Positions 1 through 9,699 of a stretch of DNA of 64,000 nt are shown piece by piece (position 1 is the first letter of the stretch; every line of letters starts with the position of its first letter). The notes under the pieces were generated by a model. It was given only the letters and a program-made list of their open reading frames with translations. It did not search any database and had not been told where the DNA came from. Made by a program: the position numbers and the translations under genes. Origin of the DNA: Micromonosporaceae bacterium (lineage in GTDB: Bacteria > Actinomycetota > Actinomycetes > Mycobacteriales > Micromonosporaceae); NCBI GenBank assembly GCA_052038195.1, contig JBQGBY010000039.1:3162-67161 (forward strand), in the 5' to 3' direction.

Positions 1-668
1 CCGTAATCTGGACGGTCACCTGCGTGGTCTTCCACTACGGCCTCGGGCTCGGCCTGGCCGTGCTGCTGAACCGGCCGATGCGGCTCCGCGGGTTCTACCG
101 GGTGCTGCTGATCCTGCCGTGGGCGGTCCCGTCGTTCGTCAGCGCCTTCGCGTGGCGCTACATGTTCAACCAGAACTTCGGTCTGGTCAACGGACTGCTC
201 ACCAGCGTGGGCATTGACCCGGTGCCATGGTTCGACAACACCTGGACGTCGCTGTCCACCGCGATCGTGGCCAACATCTGGCTGGGCGTGCCGTTCATGA
301 TGGTCGCGCTGCTCGGTGGCATGCAGACGATCCCCGCCGAACTGCACGAGGCGGCCACCATCGACGGCGCGAGCCCGTGGCAACGCTTCGTCAACGTCAC
401 CATGCCCGGGCTGCGGTCCGTGAGCATGACCGTGATCCTGCTCGGCACGATCTGGACGTTCAACATGTTCCCCGTCATCTATCTGGTGACCGGCGGCCAA
501 CCGGCCGGACAGACGGAGATCCTTGTCACCGGCGCCTACCGGGCCGCGTTCGAGGGGATCCGCAACTACTCACTCGCCGCCACCTACGGCGTGCTGATCC
601 TGTCGATCCTGCTGGTCTTCTCGTTCTTCTACCGCCGGGCGTTGCGCAAGACAGGCGAGGTGTGGTGA
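1..668 (+). CDS. ABC sugar-transporter permease (MalF/UgpA type); 5' end lies upstream of the window
   Basis: Frame is open from base 3 to TGA 666-668. TM-rich sequence with EAA-loop motif EAATIDGASPWQRFVNVTMPGL. Stop shares 1 nt with the next permease start (TGATG). Confidence 0.85.
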   Translation, partial: VIWTVTCVVFHYGLGLGLAVLLNRPMRLRGFYRVLLILPWAVPSFVSAFAWRYMFNQNFGLVNGLLTSVGIDPVPWFDNTWTSLSTAIVANIWLGVPFMMVALLGGMQTIPAELHEAATIDGASPWQRFVNVTMPGLRSVSMTVILLGTIWTFNMFPVIYLVTGGQPAGQTEILVTGAYRAAFEGIRNYSLAATYGVLILSILLVFSFFYRRALRKTGEVW

Positions 669-1588
669 TGACTTCCATCAGCAGCGAAACCCTCCCGGTC
701 GTAGCCGAGGTCGAGGCCCTACGGCGGGCAAAGCCCGTGCGGCAGCGACCGCGCACCGGTGTACGCCGGTCGCTGCCGGCGTCGCTGGCGCTGCACGCGA
801 CGCTGGTGGTCGCCAGCCTGGTCGCGGTCGGCCCCATCGTCTGGGTGCTGGTGTCGTCGTTCAAGCCGGCCCACTGGGTCAACAGCAGCGACCTGAGCCT
901 GGTGCGGGAACCGACACTGGAGAACTACGCCTACGTCCTGGGCGAGACGAGCTTCCCGCGGTGGGCGCTCAACTCCGTCATCGTGGCGGCGTTTACCATG
1001 GTGATCGGTGTCTTCATGGCCGCCACCACGGGCTACGCGCTGTCGCGCTTCCGGTTTCCGGGCCGCCGCCACCTGATGCTCATCTTCTTGGTCACGCAGA
1101 TGTTCCCGGTCGCGATCCTCATCGTGCCGATCTACATCGTCATGGCCCGGCTCGGTCTCATCAACACATTGGCATCGCTCGTCATCGCCTACCTGACGAT
1201 CGCGGTGCCCTTCTGCGCCTGGATGCTGCGGGGCTACTTCGACACCATCGACACCGCCCTCGACGAGGCGGCGCAGCTCGACGGCTGCGGCTACTTCGCC
1301 ACGTTCTGGCGGGTGATCCTGCCGCTGGCCCGACCAGGGCTGGCGGTCACCGGCTTCTTCACCTTCCTCACCGCGTGGGGTGAGGTGGCGTACGCCTCGG
1401 CCTTCATCCAGACGGACAGCAACTTCACCCTGGCCTACGGCCTGCAGCAGTTCGTGCCCCGCTTCAACCCGCAGTGGCACTACCTGACCGCCTCCGCCGT
1501 GCTCATCACGATCCCCGCGGCGCTGGTCTACTACTTCGCCCAGCGCCACCTCATCTCCGGTCTCACGGCAGGCAGCACCAAGGGATGA
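668..1588 (+). CDS. ABC sugar-transporter permease (MalG/UgpE type)
   Basis: ATG at 668, in frame within ORF 227..1588. EAA loop DEAAQLDGCGYFATFWRVILPLARPGL, about 6 TM segments. ATGA overlap with the next gene at 1585-1588. Confidence 0.85.
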   Translation: MTSISSETLPVVAEVEALRRAKPVRQRPRTGVRRSLPASLALHATLVVASLVAVGPIVWVLVSSFKPAHWVNSSDLSLVREPTLENYAYVLGETSFPRWALNSVIVAAFTMVIGVFMAATTGYALSRFRFPGRRHLMLIFLVTQMFPVAILIVPIYIVMARLGLINTLASLVIAYLTIAVPFCAWMLRGYFDTIDTALDEAAQLDGCGYFATFWRVILPLARPGLAVTGFFTFLTAWGEVAYASAFIQTDSNFTLAYGLQQFVPRFNPQWHYLTASAVLITIPAALVYYFAQRHLISGLTAGSTKG

Positions 1589-3405
1589 CCAACCTGTTGC
1601 AGGAGCCGAGCCACGACGGGTCGGCTCAGTACATCACGCATCCCTCGCCCGCACTCGGCGACGAGGTCGCGCTGTTCCTCCGCGCGCCCGACGCCGCGCA
1701 GGTGCGACGGGTGTACGTGCGGACGACGCCCGATGCGGAGCCGCGGTTCACCGAGGCGAGGATCGACCGCGGTACCGGCGGCGAGACGTGGTGGCGGGTC
1801 GACGTGCGGGCCCACAACCCGGTCACGCGGTACCGGTTCCTGCTCGACACCGGGCATGGTTCGCGGTGGTTGACCGCCCGCGGGCTGGCCGACCACGACG
1901 TTCCCGACGCGACCGACTTCCGGCTCGTCGCCGACGATCCGCCGCCGGCGTGGACGGCCGACGCCGTGGTGTACCAGATCTTCCCCGACCGGTTCGCCCG
2001 CTCGCCGCGCTCGGCCACCCGAGCGCTGCCGGACTGGGCCATCGGCTGTGACTGGGACACCCCCGTCGTCGGCCGAGGCCCGCAGACGCCCTACCAGATC
2101 TACGGCGGCGACCTCGACGGGATCGTGTCCAAACTGGACCATATCGAGCGGCTCGGCGCGACGGCCGTGTACCTGACCCCTGTCTTCCCGGCCCGCTCGA
2201 ACCACCGCTACGACGCCGCGGCGTTCGACCGCGTCGACCCGCTGCTCGGCGGCGACGAGGCGCTGGTCCGGCTGGCCGATGCCGTGCACGCGCGCGGGAT
2301 GCGGCTGATCGGTGACCTCACGACCAACCACTGCGGCGACGCCCATCCATGGTTCCTGGCCGCGAGCGCCGATTCCGGCAGCACCGAACGGGAGATGTTC
2401 TACTTCGACGGTGATGACTACGTGTCGTGGAACGGCGTGCGGTCGTTGCCGAAGCTGAACTGGGGCAGCGCGCAGACCCGCCGGCGGATGCGCGAGGTCG
2501 CCCAGCACTGGCTGCGGTCACCGTACAATGTGGACGGCTGGCGGGTTGACGTGGCCAACATGACCGGGCGGCTCGGTGCCGACGACCACGCCCACGAGGT
2601 GGCCCGCTTGCTGCGGGAGGCCGTACGGTCCGTGGCGGGCGACCGGCTGCTGGTCGCCGAGCACGGCCACGACGCCACCGGCGACCTGGACCGGCGCGGC
2701 TGGGACGGCACGATGAACTACGCCGGGTTCACGCGGCCGGTGTGGAGCTGGCTGCGCTCGCCCGACCTCGCGTTGCCGGACTTCATCGGCGTGCCGGGCG
2801 GGGTGCCGCAGCGCGGTGGTGCGGAAGCGGTCGCCACCATGCGGGCCTTCGCCTCGCTGCAGTCGTGGCGGAGCCTCACCCACTCCTGGACGATGCTCGG
2901 TTCGCACGACACGGCCCGGATCGCGACCGTAATCGATGACCAGGCCCGTCTCGAGGTCGCCTTCGGGTTGCTGGCCACCATGCCCGGCGTTCCGATGGTC
3001 TTCGCCGGCGACGAGGTCGGGCTGCTTGGCGTCAACGGTGAGGATTCCCGCCGCCCCATGCCCTGGGACGGCGGCGGCAACGCCACGACGTTCGCCACGC
3101 TGCGATCCCTGATCGGGCTGCGCCGACGGCTGGCGGCACTGCGTCACGGCGGCCTGCGCTGGGTCCACGCCAGCGACGACGCCATCGCCTACCTCCGGGA
3201 GACGAGCACGCAGCGACTGCTGGTCCTGGCGCGCCGGGCCCAGGGCAAGCCGCTCACCCTCGAGGTCACCGCTGGGCCCGATGGCCCGCTGGCGAACGTC
3301 GCCGACGTGGCTAACGTCTACGGTGGAGCAACGGCGCTCCTCGGCCCGGACGGTCGCCTGGTCCTGCCCGGCGACGGCCCCACGTTCCAGATCTGGCAAC
3401 TCTGA
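1585..3405 (+). CDS. GH13 alpha-amylase-family hydrolase (maltodextrin glucosidase / neopullulanase-like)
   Basis: Start MTNLLQEP is coupled by ATGA. GH13 conserved regions DLTTNHCGD, GWRVDVANM, VAEHGHD and LGSHDTAR are present. Confidence 0.8.
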   Translation: MTNLLQEPSHDGSAQYITHPSPALGDEVALFLRAPDAAQVRRVYVRTTPDAEPRFTEARIDRGTGGETWWRVDVRAHNPVTRYRFLLDTGHGSRWLTARGLADHDVPDATDFRLVADDPPPAWTADAVVYQIFPDRFARSPRSATRALPDWAIGCDWDTPVVGRGPQTPYQIYGGDLDGIVSKLDHIERLGATAVYLTPVFPARSNHRYDAAAFDRVDPLLGGDEALVRLADAVHARGMRLIGDLTTNHCGDAHPWFLAASADSGSTEREMFYFDGDDYVSWNGVRSLPKLNWGSAQTRRRMREVAQHWLRSPYNVDGWRVDVANMTGRLGADDHAHEVARLLREAVRSVAGDRLLVAEHGHDATGDLDRRGWDGTMNYAGFTRPVWSWLRSPDLALPDFIGVPGGVPQRGGAEAVATMRAFASLQSWRSLTHSWTMLGSHDTARIATVIDDQARLEVAFGLLATMPGVPMVFAGDEVGLLGVNGEDSRRPMPWDGGGNATTFATLRSLIGLRRRLAALRHGGLRWVHASDDAIAYLRETSTQRLLVLARRAQGKPLTLEVTAGPDGPLANVADVANVYGGATALLGPDGRLVLPGDGPTFQIWQL

Positions 3406-3413
3406 GGAGCACC

Positions 3414-5168
3414 ATGTCACCCCGCCCCTCGTGGTCGCGCCACGCGGTCATCTACCAGATCTACGTCCGTAGCTTCGCCGACAGCGACGGGGACGGCGTC
3501 GGCGACCTGCGCGGGATCACCAGCCGGCTCGACCACATCGCCGACCTGGGGGTCGACGCGATCTGGCTCACCCCGTTCTACCGCTCCCCCATGGCCGATG
3601 GTGGCTACGACGTGGCCGACTACCGCGACGTCGATCCGCTGTTCGGCAACCTGGCCGACTTCGATGCCCTACTCGGCGCGGCGCACGACCGGGGTCTGCG
3701 CGTGATCATCGATGTGGTGCCCAACCATGTCTCCTCAGAGCATCCGTGGTTCCGGGCCGCCGTAGCCGCCGGGCCCGGCTCGCCCGAGCGGGAACGGTTC
3801 CACTTCCGGCGGAGCCGGACAATCGACGACTTCCGGCGGAGCCGGACAATCGACGACAGCCGGCGGAGCCGGACAATCGACGACAGCCGGCGGAGCCGGA
3901 CAATCGACGACAGCGGACCGAGTGAGGGCGACGCGCCGCCCAACGACTGGCAGTCCGTCTTCTTCGGCCCCGCCTGGACCAGGCTGGACGACGGCGACTG
4001 GTACCTGCATCTGTTCGCGCCCGAGCAGCCCGACTTGAACTGGGACCACCCGGAGGTGCGGGCCGAGTTCGACGACGTGCTGCGGTTCTGGCTCGACCGC
4101 GGTGTCGACGGGATTCGCATCGACGTCGCTCACGGTTTGGCCAAGGCGCCGGGGCTCCCCGACGCCGGCCGGGCCGGCGCCGTCTTCGACGGGGCGCCAA
4201 CGCCGTTCTTCGACCAGGAGGGCGTGCACGAGATCTACCGGCGCTGGCGGTCCATTATGGACGGCTACAGCCCCGAGCGCGTCGCCGTAGCCGAGGCCTG
4301 GGTGCCACCCGACCGCGTCGCCCGGTACGTCCGCGCCGACGAGCTCCACCAGGCGTTCAACTTCGAGTTCCTGGGTACGGCCTGGGCGGGCCCGGCCTAC
4401 CGCAGTGTCATCGACGGTTCGCTCGCCACGACCGGCTCGGTCGGCGCCCCGGCCACCTGGGTGCTGTCCAACCACGACGTTGTCCGGCATCCGTCCCGTC
4501 TGGCCGTCCGTCGAGGCGGGATGGCGGGTGGGGCCTGGGCCGGCGACGAGATGCTGACCGCCGACCCCGCGCTGGGGCTACGCCGGGCCCGGGCCGCCAC
4601 CCTGCTCATGCTCGCCCTCCCCGGCTCGGTGTACCTCTACCAGGGTGAGGAGCTCGGCCTGCCCGAGGTCTTCGACCTGCCACCGCACGCGCGCCAGGAC
4701 CCGGTCTTCAGCCGCACCGACGGTGTCGTGCTGGGGCGCGACGGGTGCCGCGTTCCCCTGCCGTGGTCGGGCGCCGCACCGCCGTACGGCTTCGGCCCCG
4801 ACGGCAGCCAGCCCTGGCTGCCCCAGCCGGCGCAGTGGGCCTCGCTCGCCGCGGCGGCCCAGCGCGACGATCCACAGTCGACACTGCAGCTGTACCGGGA
4901 GGCACTGCGGATCCGGCGTACCGGCAAGGAACTCGGCGATGGCGAGCTGCGCTGGCTGTCCGAACCCGACGACGACGTCCTCGTCTTCGTCCGGCCCGGG
5001 CCTCCCGACGAGCCGTCGGTGATCTGCGCCGTGAACCTGGGCGACGGACCCGTGGCGACGCCCGCCGGCACCCTCCTGCTGGCCAGCGGGCCGCTACCCG
5101 ACGGCCAACTGCCACCCGACACCGCCGGTTGGTGGAGGCAGCCGCGAGCGCCCGGAGCGAGCGGCTGA
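3414..5168 (+). CDS. GH13 alpha-glucosidase / oligo-1,6-glucosidase-like enzyme carrying an internal 27-nt x4 repeat
   Basis: GAGGAG RBS at 3404-3409. N-terminus AVIYQIYVRSFADSDGDGVGDLRGI, then DVVPNHVSSEHPWF, GIRIDVAHGL, VAEAW and VLSNHDVVRH. Confidence 0.85.
   Translation: MSPRPSWSRHAVIYQIYVRSFADSDGDGVGDLRGITSRLDHIADLGVDAIWLTPFYRSPMADGGYDVADYRDVDPLFGNLADFDALLGAAHDRGLRVIIDVVPNHVSSEHPWFRAAVAAGPGSPERERFHFRRSRTIDDFRRSRTIDDSRRSRTIDDSRRSRTIDDSGPSEGDAPPNDWQSVFFGPAWTRLDDGDWYLHLFAPEQPDLNWDHPEVRAEFDDVLRFWLDRGVDGIRIDVAHGLAKAPGLPDAGRAGAVFDGAPTPFFDQEGVHEIYRRWRSIMDGYSPERVAVAEAWVPPDRVARYVRADELHQAFNFEFLGTAWAGPAYRSVIDGSLATTGSVGAPATWVLSNHDVVRHPSRLAVRRGGMAGGAWAGDEMLTADPALGLRRARAATLLMLALPGSVYLYQGEELGLPEVFDLPPHARQDPVFSRTDGVVLGRDGCRVPLPWSGAAPPYGFGPDGSQPWLPQPAQWASLAAAAQRDDPQSTLQLYREALRIRRTGKELGDGELRWLSEPDDDVLVFVRPGPPDEPSVICAVNLGDGPVATPAGTLLLASGPLPDGQLPPDTAGWWRQPRAPGASG
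3804..3911 (+). repeat. In-frame tandem repeat, 27 nt x 4 (ttccggcggagccggacaatcgacgac), encoding (F/S)RRSRTIDD x4
   Basis: Direct reading: copies at 3804-3830, 3831-3857, 3858-3884 and 3885-3911. Copies 3-4 differ only in the first codon (agc versus ttc). Confidence 0.97.
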
Positions 5169-5210
5169 AACGCCGGTGCGGGGCGGATCCCCGCTCCGTA
5201 TCGTGACGGC

Positions 5211-6170
5211 GTGTCCAGAGTCGCGGTGCGGCCCTTCGAGGCCGCCGACATCCCGGCCGCCGGCGCGCTGCTGGCGCAGCGTCATCGCCGGCACCGCTTG
5301 GCGCAGCCGCTGTTGTCGCCCCGCTACGAGGCGGTCGACGCCGCAGTGGTCGAGGTCAGCGCGGCCTTCGCGGCCGACGGCGCCTCGGGGGCGGTCGCGC
5401 TGCGCGGTGGCGAACTGATCGCGTATCTCCTGGGCGCGCCCAAGTCGGCAGCCTGGGGCCCGAACATCTGGGTCGAGTCGGCGGGCCACGCGGCGACGGA
5501 GGCCGAGACGGTCCGCGACCTCTACGGGCTCGCGGCCACGCGCTGGGCCGAGGAGGACCGCACGGCGCACTACGCCCTCGTACCGGCGACCGATCCGGAT
5601 CTGGTCCGGGCGTGGTTCCGGCTGGGCTTCGGCCAGCAGCACGCGCACGCGATCCGGAAGCCGGAGCGGCTCGACGTCAGCTCGGATGCGACGGTGCGGC
5701 GGGCGGAACGCCGGGACGTTCCCGTCCTCGCGCAGCTCGAGCTCGAGCTGGCCCGGCATCAGGCGGAGGCGCCCACCTTCTCCTCCTATGAGCCGGGTAG
5801 CTACGACGAGAGCGTGGCCGAGTGGGCGGCTGACATCGACAGTCCCGAGTACATGCCGTTCGTGGCGGAGTACCACGGTGCCGTCGTCGGCTCGGCGGTC
5901 GGCACCACGCTGGAGAAGTCACAGGCGCACACGGGCCCGGCCCGTCCCGACAACGCCGGCTTCCTCGGTTTCGCGGCCGTCCTGCCGCAGGCGCGCGGTC
6001 TCGGGGCGGGGCGGGCACTCGGCGCCGCCGTCATAACCTGGGCCGGCGAGGCCGGGTTCGACAGCGTGGTCGTGGACTGGCGGGTCACCAACCTGCTCTC
6101 GTCGCGGACGTGGCCCACGCTCGGCTTCACCGAGACGTTCCTCCGCCTGCACCGCCACCTCGGCTACTAG
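5211..6170 (+). CDS. GNAT-family N-acetyltransferase (two-domain)
   Basis: The C-terminal block GFLGFAAVLPQARGLGAGRALGAAVITWAGEAGFDSVVVDW matches the acetyl-CoA-binding motif A (Q/RxxGxG/A). Confidence 0.7.
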   Translation: MSRVAVRPFEAADIPAAGALLAQRHRRHRLAQPLLSPRYEAVDAAVVEVSAAFAADGASGAVALRGGELIAYLLGAPKSAAWGPNIWVESAGHAATEAETVRDLYGLAATRWAEEDRTAHYALVPATDPDLVRAWFRLGFGQQHAHAIRKPERLDVSSDATVRRAERRDVPVLAQLELELARHQAEAPTFSSYEPGSYDESVAEWAADIDSPEYMPFVAEYHGAVVGSAVGTTLEKSQAHTGPARPDNAGFLGFAAVLPQARGLGAGRALGAAVITWAGEAGFDSVVVDWRVTNLLSSRTWPTLGFTETFLRLHRHLGY

Positions 6171-6186
6171 CCACCGGCCCAGGTGT

Positions 6187-6244
6187 CGATCTAGGGGTTC
6201 GCATGGTGTTTGGAGATCAACTCACGATGCGAACCCCTAGATCG
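6187..6244. terminator. Perfect 18-bp stem, 22-nt loop hairpin between convergent genes (bidirectional terminator or palindromic element)
   Basis: cgatctaggggttcgcat (6187-6204) is the exact reverse complement of atgcgaacccctagatcg (6227-6244). It lies between the GNAT stop (6170) and the SBP stop (6258). Confidence 0.6.
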
Positions 6245-6257
6245 GCGGTAGGAGGTA

Positions 6258-7574
6258 TTACAGGGTGTCGTAGCAGGGCTCTTCGAGGGTGAAGCCCTCA
6301 GCGGTCGGACCGACCTCGAGCTCCCGGATCGTGGCGACGCCGGTCGGCTCGCTCGCGTCGGGCTTGCTGATCTGGGTGACCTTCACCTGGCCCTCCGCAC
6401 CCGCGGCGTAGTTGCCGGCACCGGCGGGCAGCATGCCCTCGTAGTCGACCGAGGTGAGGGACTTCGCCGCCGCAAGCAGGCCCGCGCGGGTCAGGTCCCG
6501 GTTCTCGGCCGCCTTCTCGAGCGCCGCCTTCATCGGGTACGACCACACCCAGCCGGCGGTGTAGCCGTCATTGAGCGTCTCGGGCGTGCCGAGCGCCTCC
6601 CGCATCGCCTCGTGACCGGGCGTGTCGGAGCCCCACGGACCCCACGGTCCCGACTGCAGATACAGCGCCGTCAGCGCCGGCGCGGCCGGGCTGCCCAGCA
6701 GGGCCGGGTTCCAGGTCGGGCTGGTGCCGATGAACAGCGGCGCGTAGCCGGCCGGGACACCCTGAGCGGCCACCTGGCCCACGAGCACCGCCGCCTCGGT
6801 CGGTCCGGTCGTGATGATGACCAGGTCCGGCCGCTCCGTGAGGATCTGCTGGATCGCGCCCGCCTGGGCCTCCTGACCCTGCCCGGTGGGCACGTCGGTG
6901 AAGGTGAGGTCGAGCTGCTCGGCGGCGTACTTCACGCCCCCGGCGGCGTCGTCACCGTAGTCGCCGGGGTAGTGCACCGCCATCACGGCGTCGATGTTCT
7001 GCCGCTGGGTCATCGCGAAGTCGACGGCGTTCATCGACTCGACGCAGTAGTTGGCACCGGACTCGAGGATGACGTCCTCGAAGGCGTACGCCGAGGTCCA
7101 GGCGGCGGGGACCGAGACGATGTTGCTGCTCTTGAGGTCCGGCAGGATGGCCGCCGTGGTGGGTGAGCCGAGGGTCTGGGCCAGGGCCAGGATGTTGGGC
7201 TTGATCTCCTGGTAGACCTGGCTGGTCACCTCGGGGTTGTACTGGTTGTCCCGCACGTATGTGGTGACGTCGATCTCATAACCGCCGATGCCACCGGCCT
7301 CGTTGACACGCTGCCAGAAGGCCGCCTGAGCCTCGGTGATCGGGACGGCCAGCGGCCGGAAGGGCCCGACGGTTAGGTCCGAGAGCGTGCCGAGGTAGAT
7401 ACAGCCCTTGGTCTCGTCGATCGCGTCGGGACAGGGCTCTGACGTCACCCCGACATCGGTCTGCATGCCGGTCTCCTGGGTGTCACCACCATCGGAGCCG
7501 CGGCAGCCGGCGAGGGCACCGGTGAACAGGAGTGTCGCGGCGGACGCGGCCGCGAGCCGTGCGAATGGTCGCAT
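6258..7574 (-). CDS. ABC transporter substrate-binding lipoprotein (LivJ/LivK-like, type 1 periplasmic binding fold)
   Basis: Signal peptide plus lipobox LAGC. Last gene of the liv-type operon, with size and composition typical of the family. Confidence 0.75.
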   Translation of the reverse strand: MRPFARLAAASAATLLFTGALAGCRGSDGGDTQETGMQTDVGVTSEPCPDAIDETKGCIYLGTLSDLTVGPFRPLAVPITEAQAAFWQRVNEAGGIGGYEIDVTTYVRDNQYNPEVTSQVYQEIKPNILALAQTLGSPTTAAILPDLKSSNIVSVPAAWTSAYAFEDVILESGANYCVESMNAVDFAMTQRQNIDAVMAVHYPGDYGDDAAGGVKYAAEQLDLTFTDVPTGQGQEAQAGAIQQILTERPDLVIITTGPTEAAVLVGQVAAQGVPAGYAPLFIGTSPTWNPALLGSPAAPALTALYLQSGPWGPWGSDTPGHEAMREALGTPETLNDGYTAGWVWSYPMKAALEKAAENRDLTRAGLLAAAKSLTSVDYEGMLPAGAGNYAAGAEGQVKVTQISKPDASEPTGVATIRELEVGPTAEGFTLEEPCYDTL

Positions 7575-7590
7575 GCGTTTCCCTTTCTCA

Positions 7591-8751
7591 CTAGTTGTAG
7601 GAGAACGGCCACGCTCTCCAGTAGTTGCGTAGGCGCAGCCAGATGCCGAACAGCCCCCGCGGTTCGAAGATCAGGAAGACGATCACCAACGCTCCATAGA
7701 GGACACGTTCGAGCTGGTAGACGTTGGGCGTGATGGCCGAGTTGTCGGACAGGACCGGGACGAAGTCGGGCAGCATCCGGGTCACGGTGGGCAGGAAGGT
7801 GAAGAAGAAGGCGCCGAGGATCGCGCCGGAGATTGTCCCCACGCCGCCGATCAGCAGCATGGCGATGAACACGATGGAGACCTCGAGGTTGAAGGCGCTG
7901 TTCGGCACGAAGAAGCCGGGCACGACGTAGAGCAGCGCACCACAGCAGCCCGCGTAGAACGACGAGACCGCGAACGCGACCATCTTGTAGCGGAACAGGT
8001 TCACGCCCATCACGCCGGCCGCGATGTCGCGGTCGCGGATCGCCGTGAAGGCACGGCCGACCCGCGACCGGACAAGGTTGCGGGCCGCGAACGCCGACAC
8101 CACGAGCACGGCGAGCATGAGCCAGTAGAGCTTCTGGTCCCGGGTGAGGAAGTCGTCGGAGACACCCAGCTGGTAACCGAACAGCGTCGGCTGCGGCATG
8201 GCCCGGCCGAGGTCGCGACCGCCGGTCACGTCGCGCCACTCGTTGAAGATGTGCCCGCCGACGAAGACCAGGCCCAGTGTCACGATGGCGAGGTACAGCC
8301 CGCGCAGCCGGGCGGCGAGCGGCGCGACGATAATGCCGGTGAGCGCCGCCACCAGGCCGGCCGCGGGCAACCAGACCAGCACCTCGGTCACGCCGAAGCC
8401 GATCTGCCGTCCCTCCGGGTCGCCGCCGATCACCGCCGCGGTGTAGGCACCGACGCCGAGGAAGAACGCGTGCCCCAGCGACACCTGGCCGGCGTACCCG
8501 GTCACCAGGCCCAGCCCGATCACGCCGACCGCGGTGATCAACGCCTTGGCGAGGTTCTGTAGATCGGCGTCGGTGACCAGGAACGGCATCGCCACGCCGA
8601 GGGTCAGCAGCAGCCCCACCGTCACCTTCTTGGTGCCGGTGTTGAGCAGGGCCATCTCCGACTCGTACGACGTGTGCAGCAGGGGCCGCCCCCACAGCCG
8701 GGCGCCCCGGCCGGCCGTCGTCTGGCCGCGATGCGGCAGCAGCGTGGTCAT
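7591..8751 (-). CDS. Branched-chain-amino-acid-type ABC permease (LivM-like)
   Basis: Start MTTLLPHRG is coupled by ATGA to the upstream permease stop (8748-8751). Polytopic. The long upstream extension of ORF 7591..9273 is antisense-like and was rejected. Confidence 0.8.
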   Translation of the reverse strand: MTTLLPHRGQTTAGRGARLWGRPLLHTSYESEMALLNTGTKKVTVGLLLTLGVAMPFLVTDADLQNLAKALITAVGVIGLGLVTGYAGQVSLGHAFFLGVGAYTAAVIGGDPEGRQIGFGVTEVLVWLPAAGLVAALTGIIVAPLAARLRGLYLAIVTLGLVFVGGHIFNEWRDVTGGRDLGRAMPQPTLFGYQLGVSDDFLTRDQKLYWLMLAVLVVSAFAARNLVRSRVGRAFTAIRDRDIAAGVMGVNLFRYKMVAFAVSSFYAGCCGALLYVVPGFFVPNSAFNLEVSIVFIAMLLIGGVGTISGAILGAFFFTFLPTVTRMLPDFVPVLSDNSAITPNVYQLERVLYGALVIVFLIFEPRGLFGIWLRLRNYWRAWPFSYN

Positions 8752-9638
8752 ACCCGCTCCACCTCCCGGGTGCCGAACAGGCCGTACGGGCGGACGAGCA
8801 GCACGAGCATCATCAGGACGTACGGCGATATCACCGAGACGTTGCGGCCCAACCACTCGGGGAAGTACTGCTGGTAGTGGGCGACCGTCTCCTGCACGAC
8901 CCCGACCACGAGGCCGCTGATCACCGCGCCCGGCAGGGAGTCCAGGCCGCCGAGGATGATGACCGGCAGCGCGACCAGGGCGACGAGCCACATCGTCGCC
9001 TCGACGCTCGTCCCGCCGGTGGCGGCGAAGGTGCCGCCCACCGTGGCCAGTGCGCCGGCGATCGCCCAGGACAGCGCGAAGACCGCGCCGACCGAGACGC
9101 CCTGTGCCATCGCCGCCTCCTGGTCGAACGCGGCTGCCCGCATGGCCAGGCCCATCCGGGTGTACCGGAAGAACGCGAACAGCGCCGTCACCAGGACGGT
9201 GGTCGTCACGACCATCGCGATATGCCGCTGCTGCACGGCCGCGCCGAGTACGTCTACTGTGGACAGACCCCACGGGTCGCTGACCTGGCGCAGCTTGATG
9301 CCGATGAACGCGTTCGCGACGACCCGGATGACGATGTCGATGCCGATCGTGATGATGGCGACGGTGAACGCGGGCCGGCCCAGCATCGGCCGTACGGCCG
9401 CCCGCTCGGCGCCCAGGGCCAGCAGGGCTATGCCCAGCGCCGCCACCGGAACGGCCACGAAGAAACCCAGCGGCCCGACCAGATAGCTCACCGCCACGGC
9501 GCCGGCGAGCATGAACGCCGGTTGGGCGAAGCTGATGACCCGGGTGGCCTTATAGATGATGACGAATCCCAGCGCCAGCAGCGCGTAGACGCTGCCCGTG
9601 CCCAGGCCCCGGCTGACGATCTCCAGCGCCTCCGTCAC
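8748..9638 (-). CDS. Branched-chain-amino-acid-type ABC permease (LivH-like)
   Basis: 296 aa, GTG start, about 8 TM segments, typical LivH-like glycine/alanine-rich helices. Confidence 0.8.
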   Translation of the reverse strand: MTEALEIVSRGLGTGSVYALLALGFVIIYKATRVISFAQPAFMLAGAVAVSYLVGPLGFFVAVPVAALGIALLALGAERAAVRPMLGRPAFTVAIITIGIDIVIRVVANAFIGIKLRQVSDPWGLSTVDVLGAAVQQRHIAMVVTTTVLVTALFAFFRYTRMGLAMRAAAFDQEAAMAQGVSVGAVFALSWAIAGALATVGGTFAATGGTSVEATMWLVALVALPVIILGGLDSLPGAVISGLVVGVVQETVAHYQQYFPEWLGRNVSVISPYVLMMLVLLVRPYGLFGTREVERV

Positions 9639-9650
9639 GGTGCCCGCCTC

Positions 9651-9699
9651 TTCGTTCGCAACTGCGGGGCTCGCTGGCGCTCGCTCCTCGTGCTCACCG
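9651..9699. repeat. Intergenic repeat family copy A (GCTCGC-rich); overlaps the stop codon of the acyl-CoA ligase gene
   Basis: Contains the 27-mer tgcggggctcgctggcgctcgctcctc (9663-9689), identical to 11647-11673. Confidence 0.9.
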
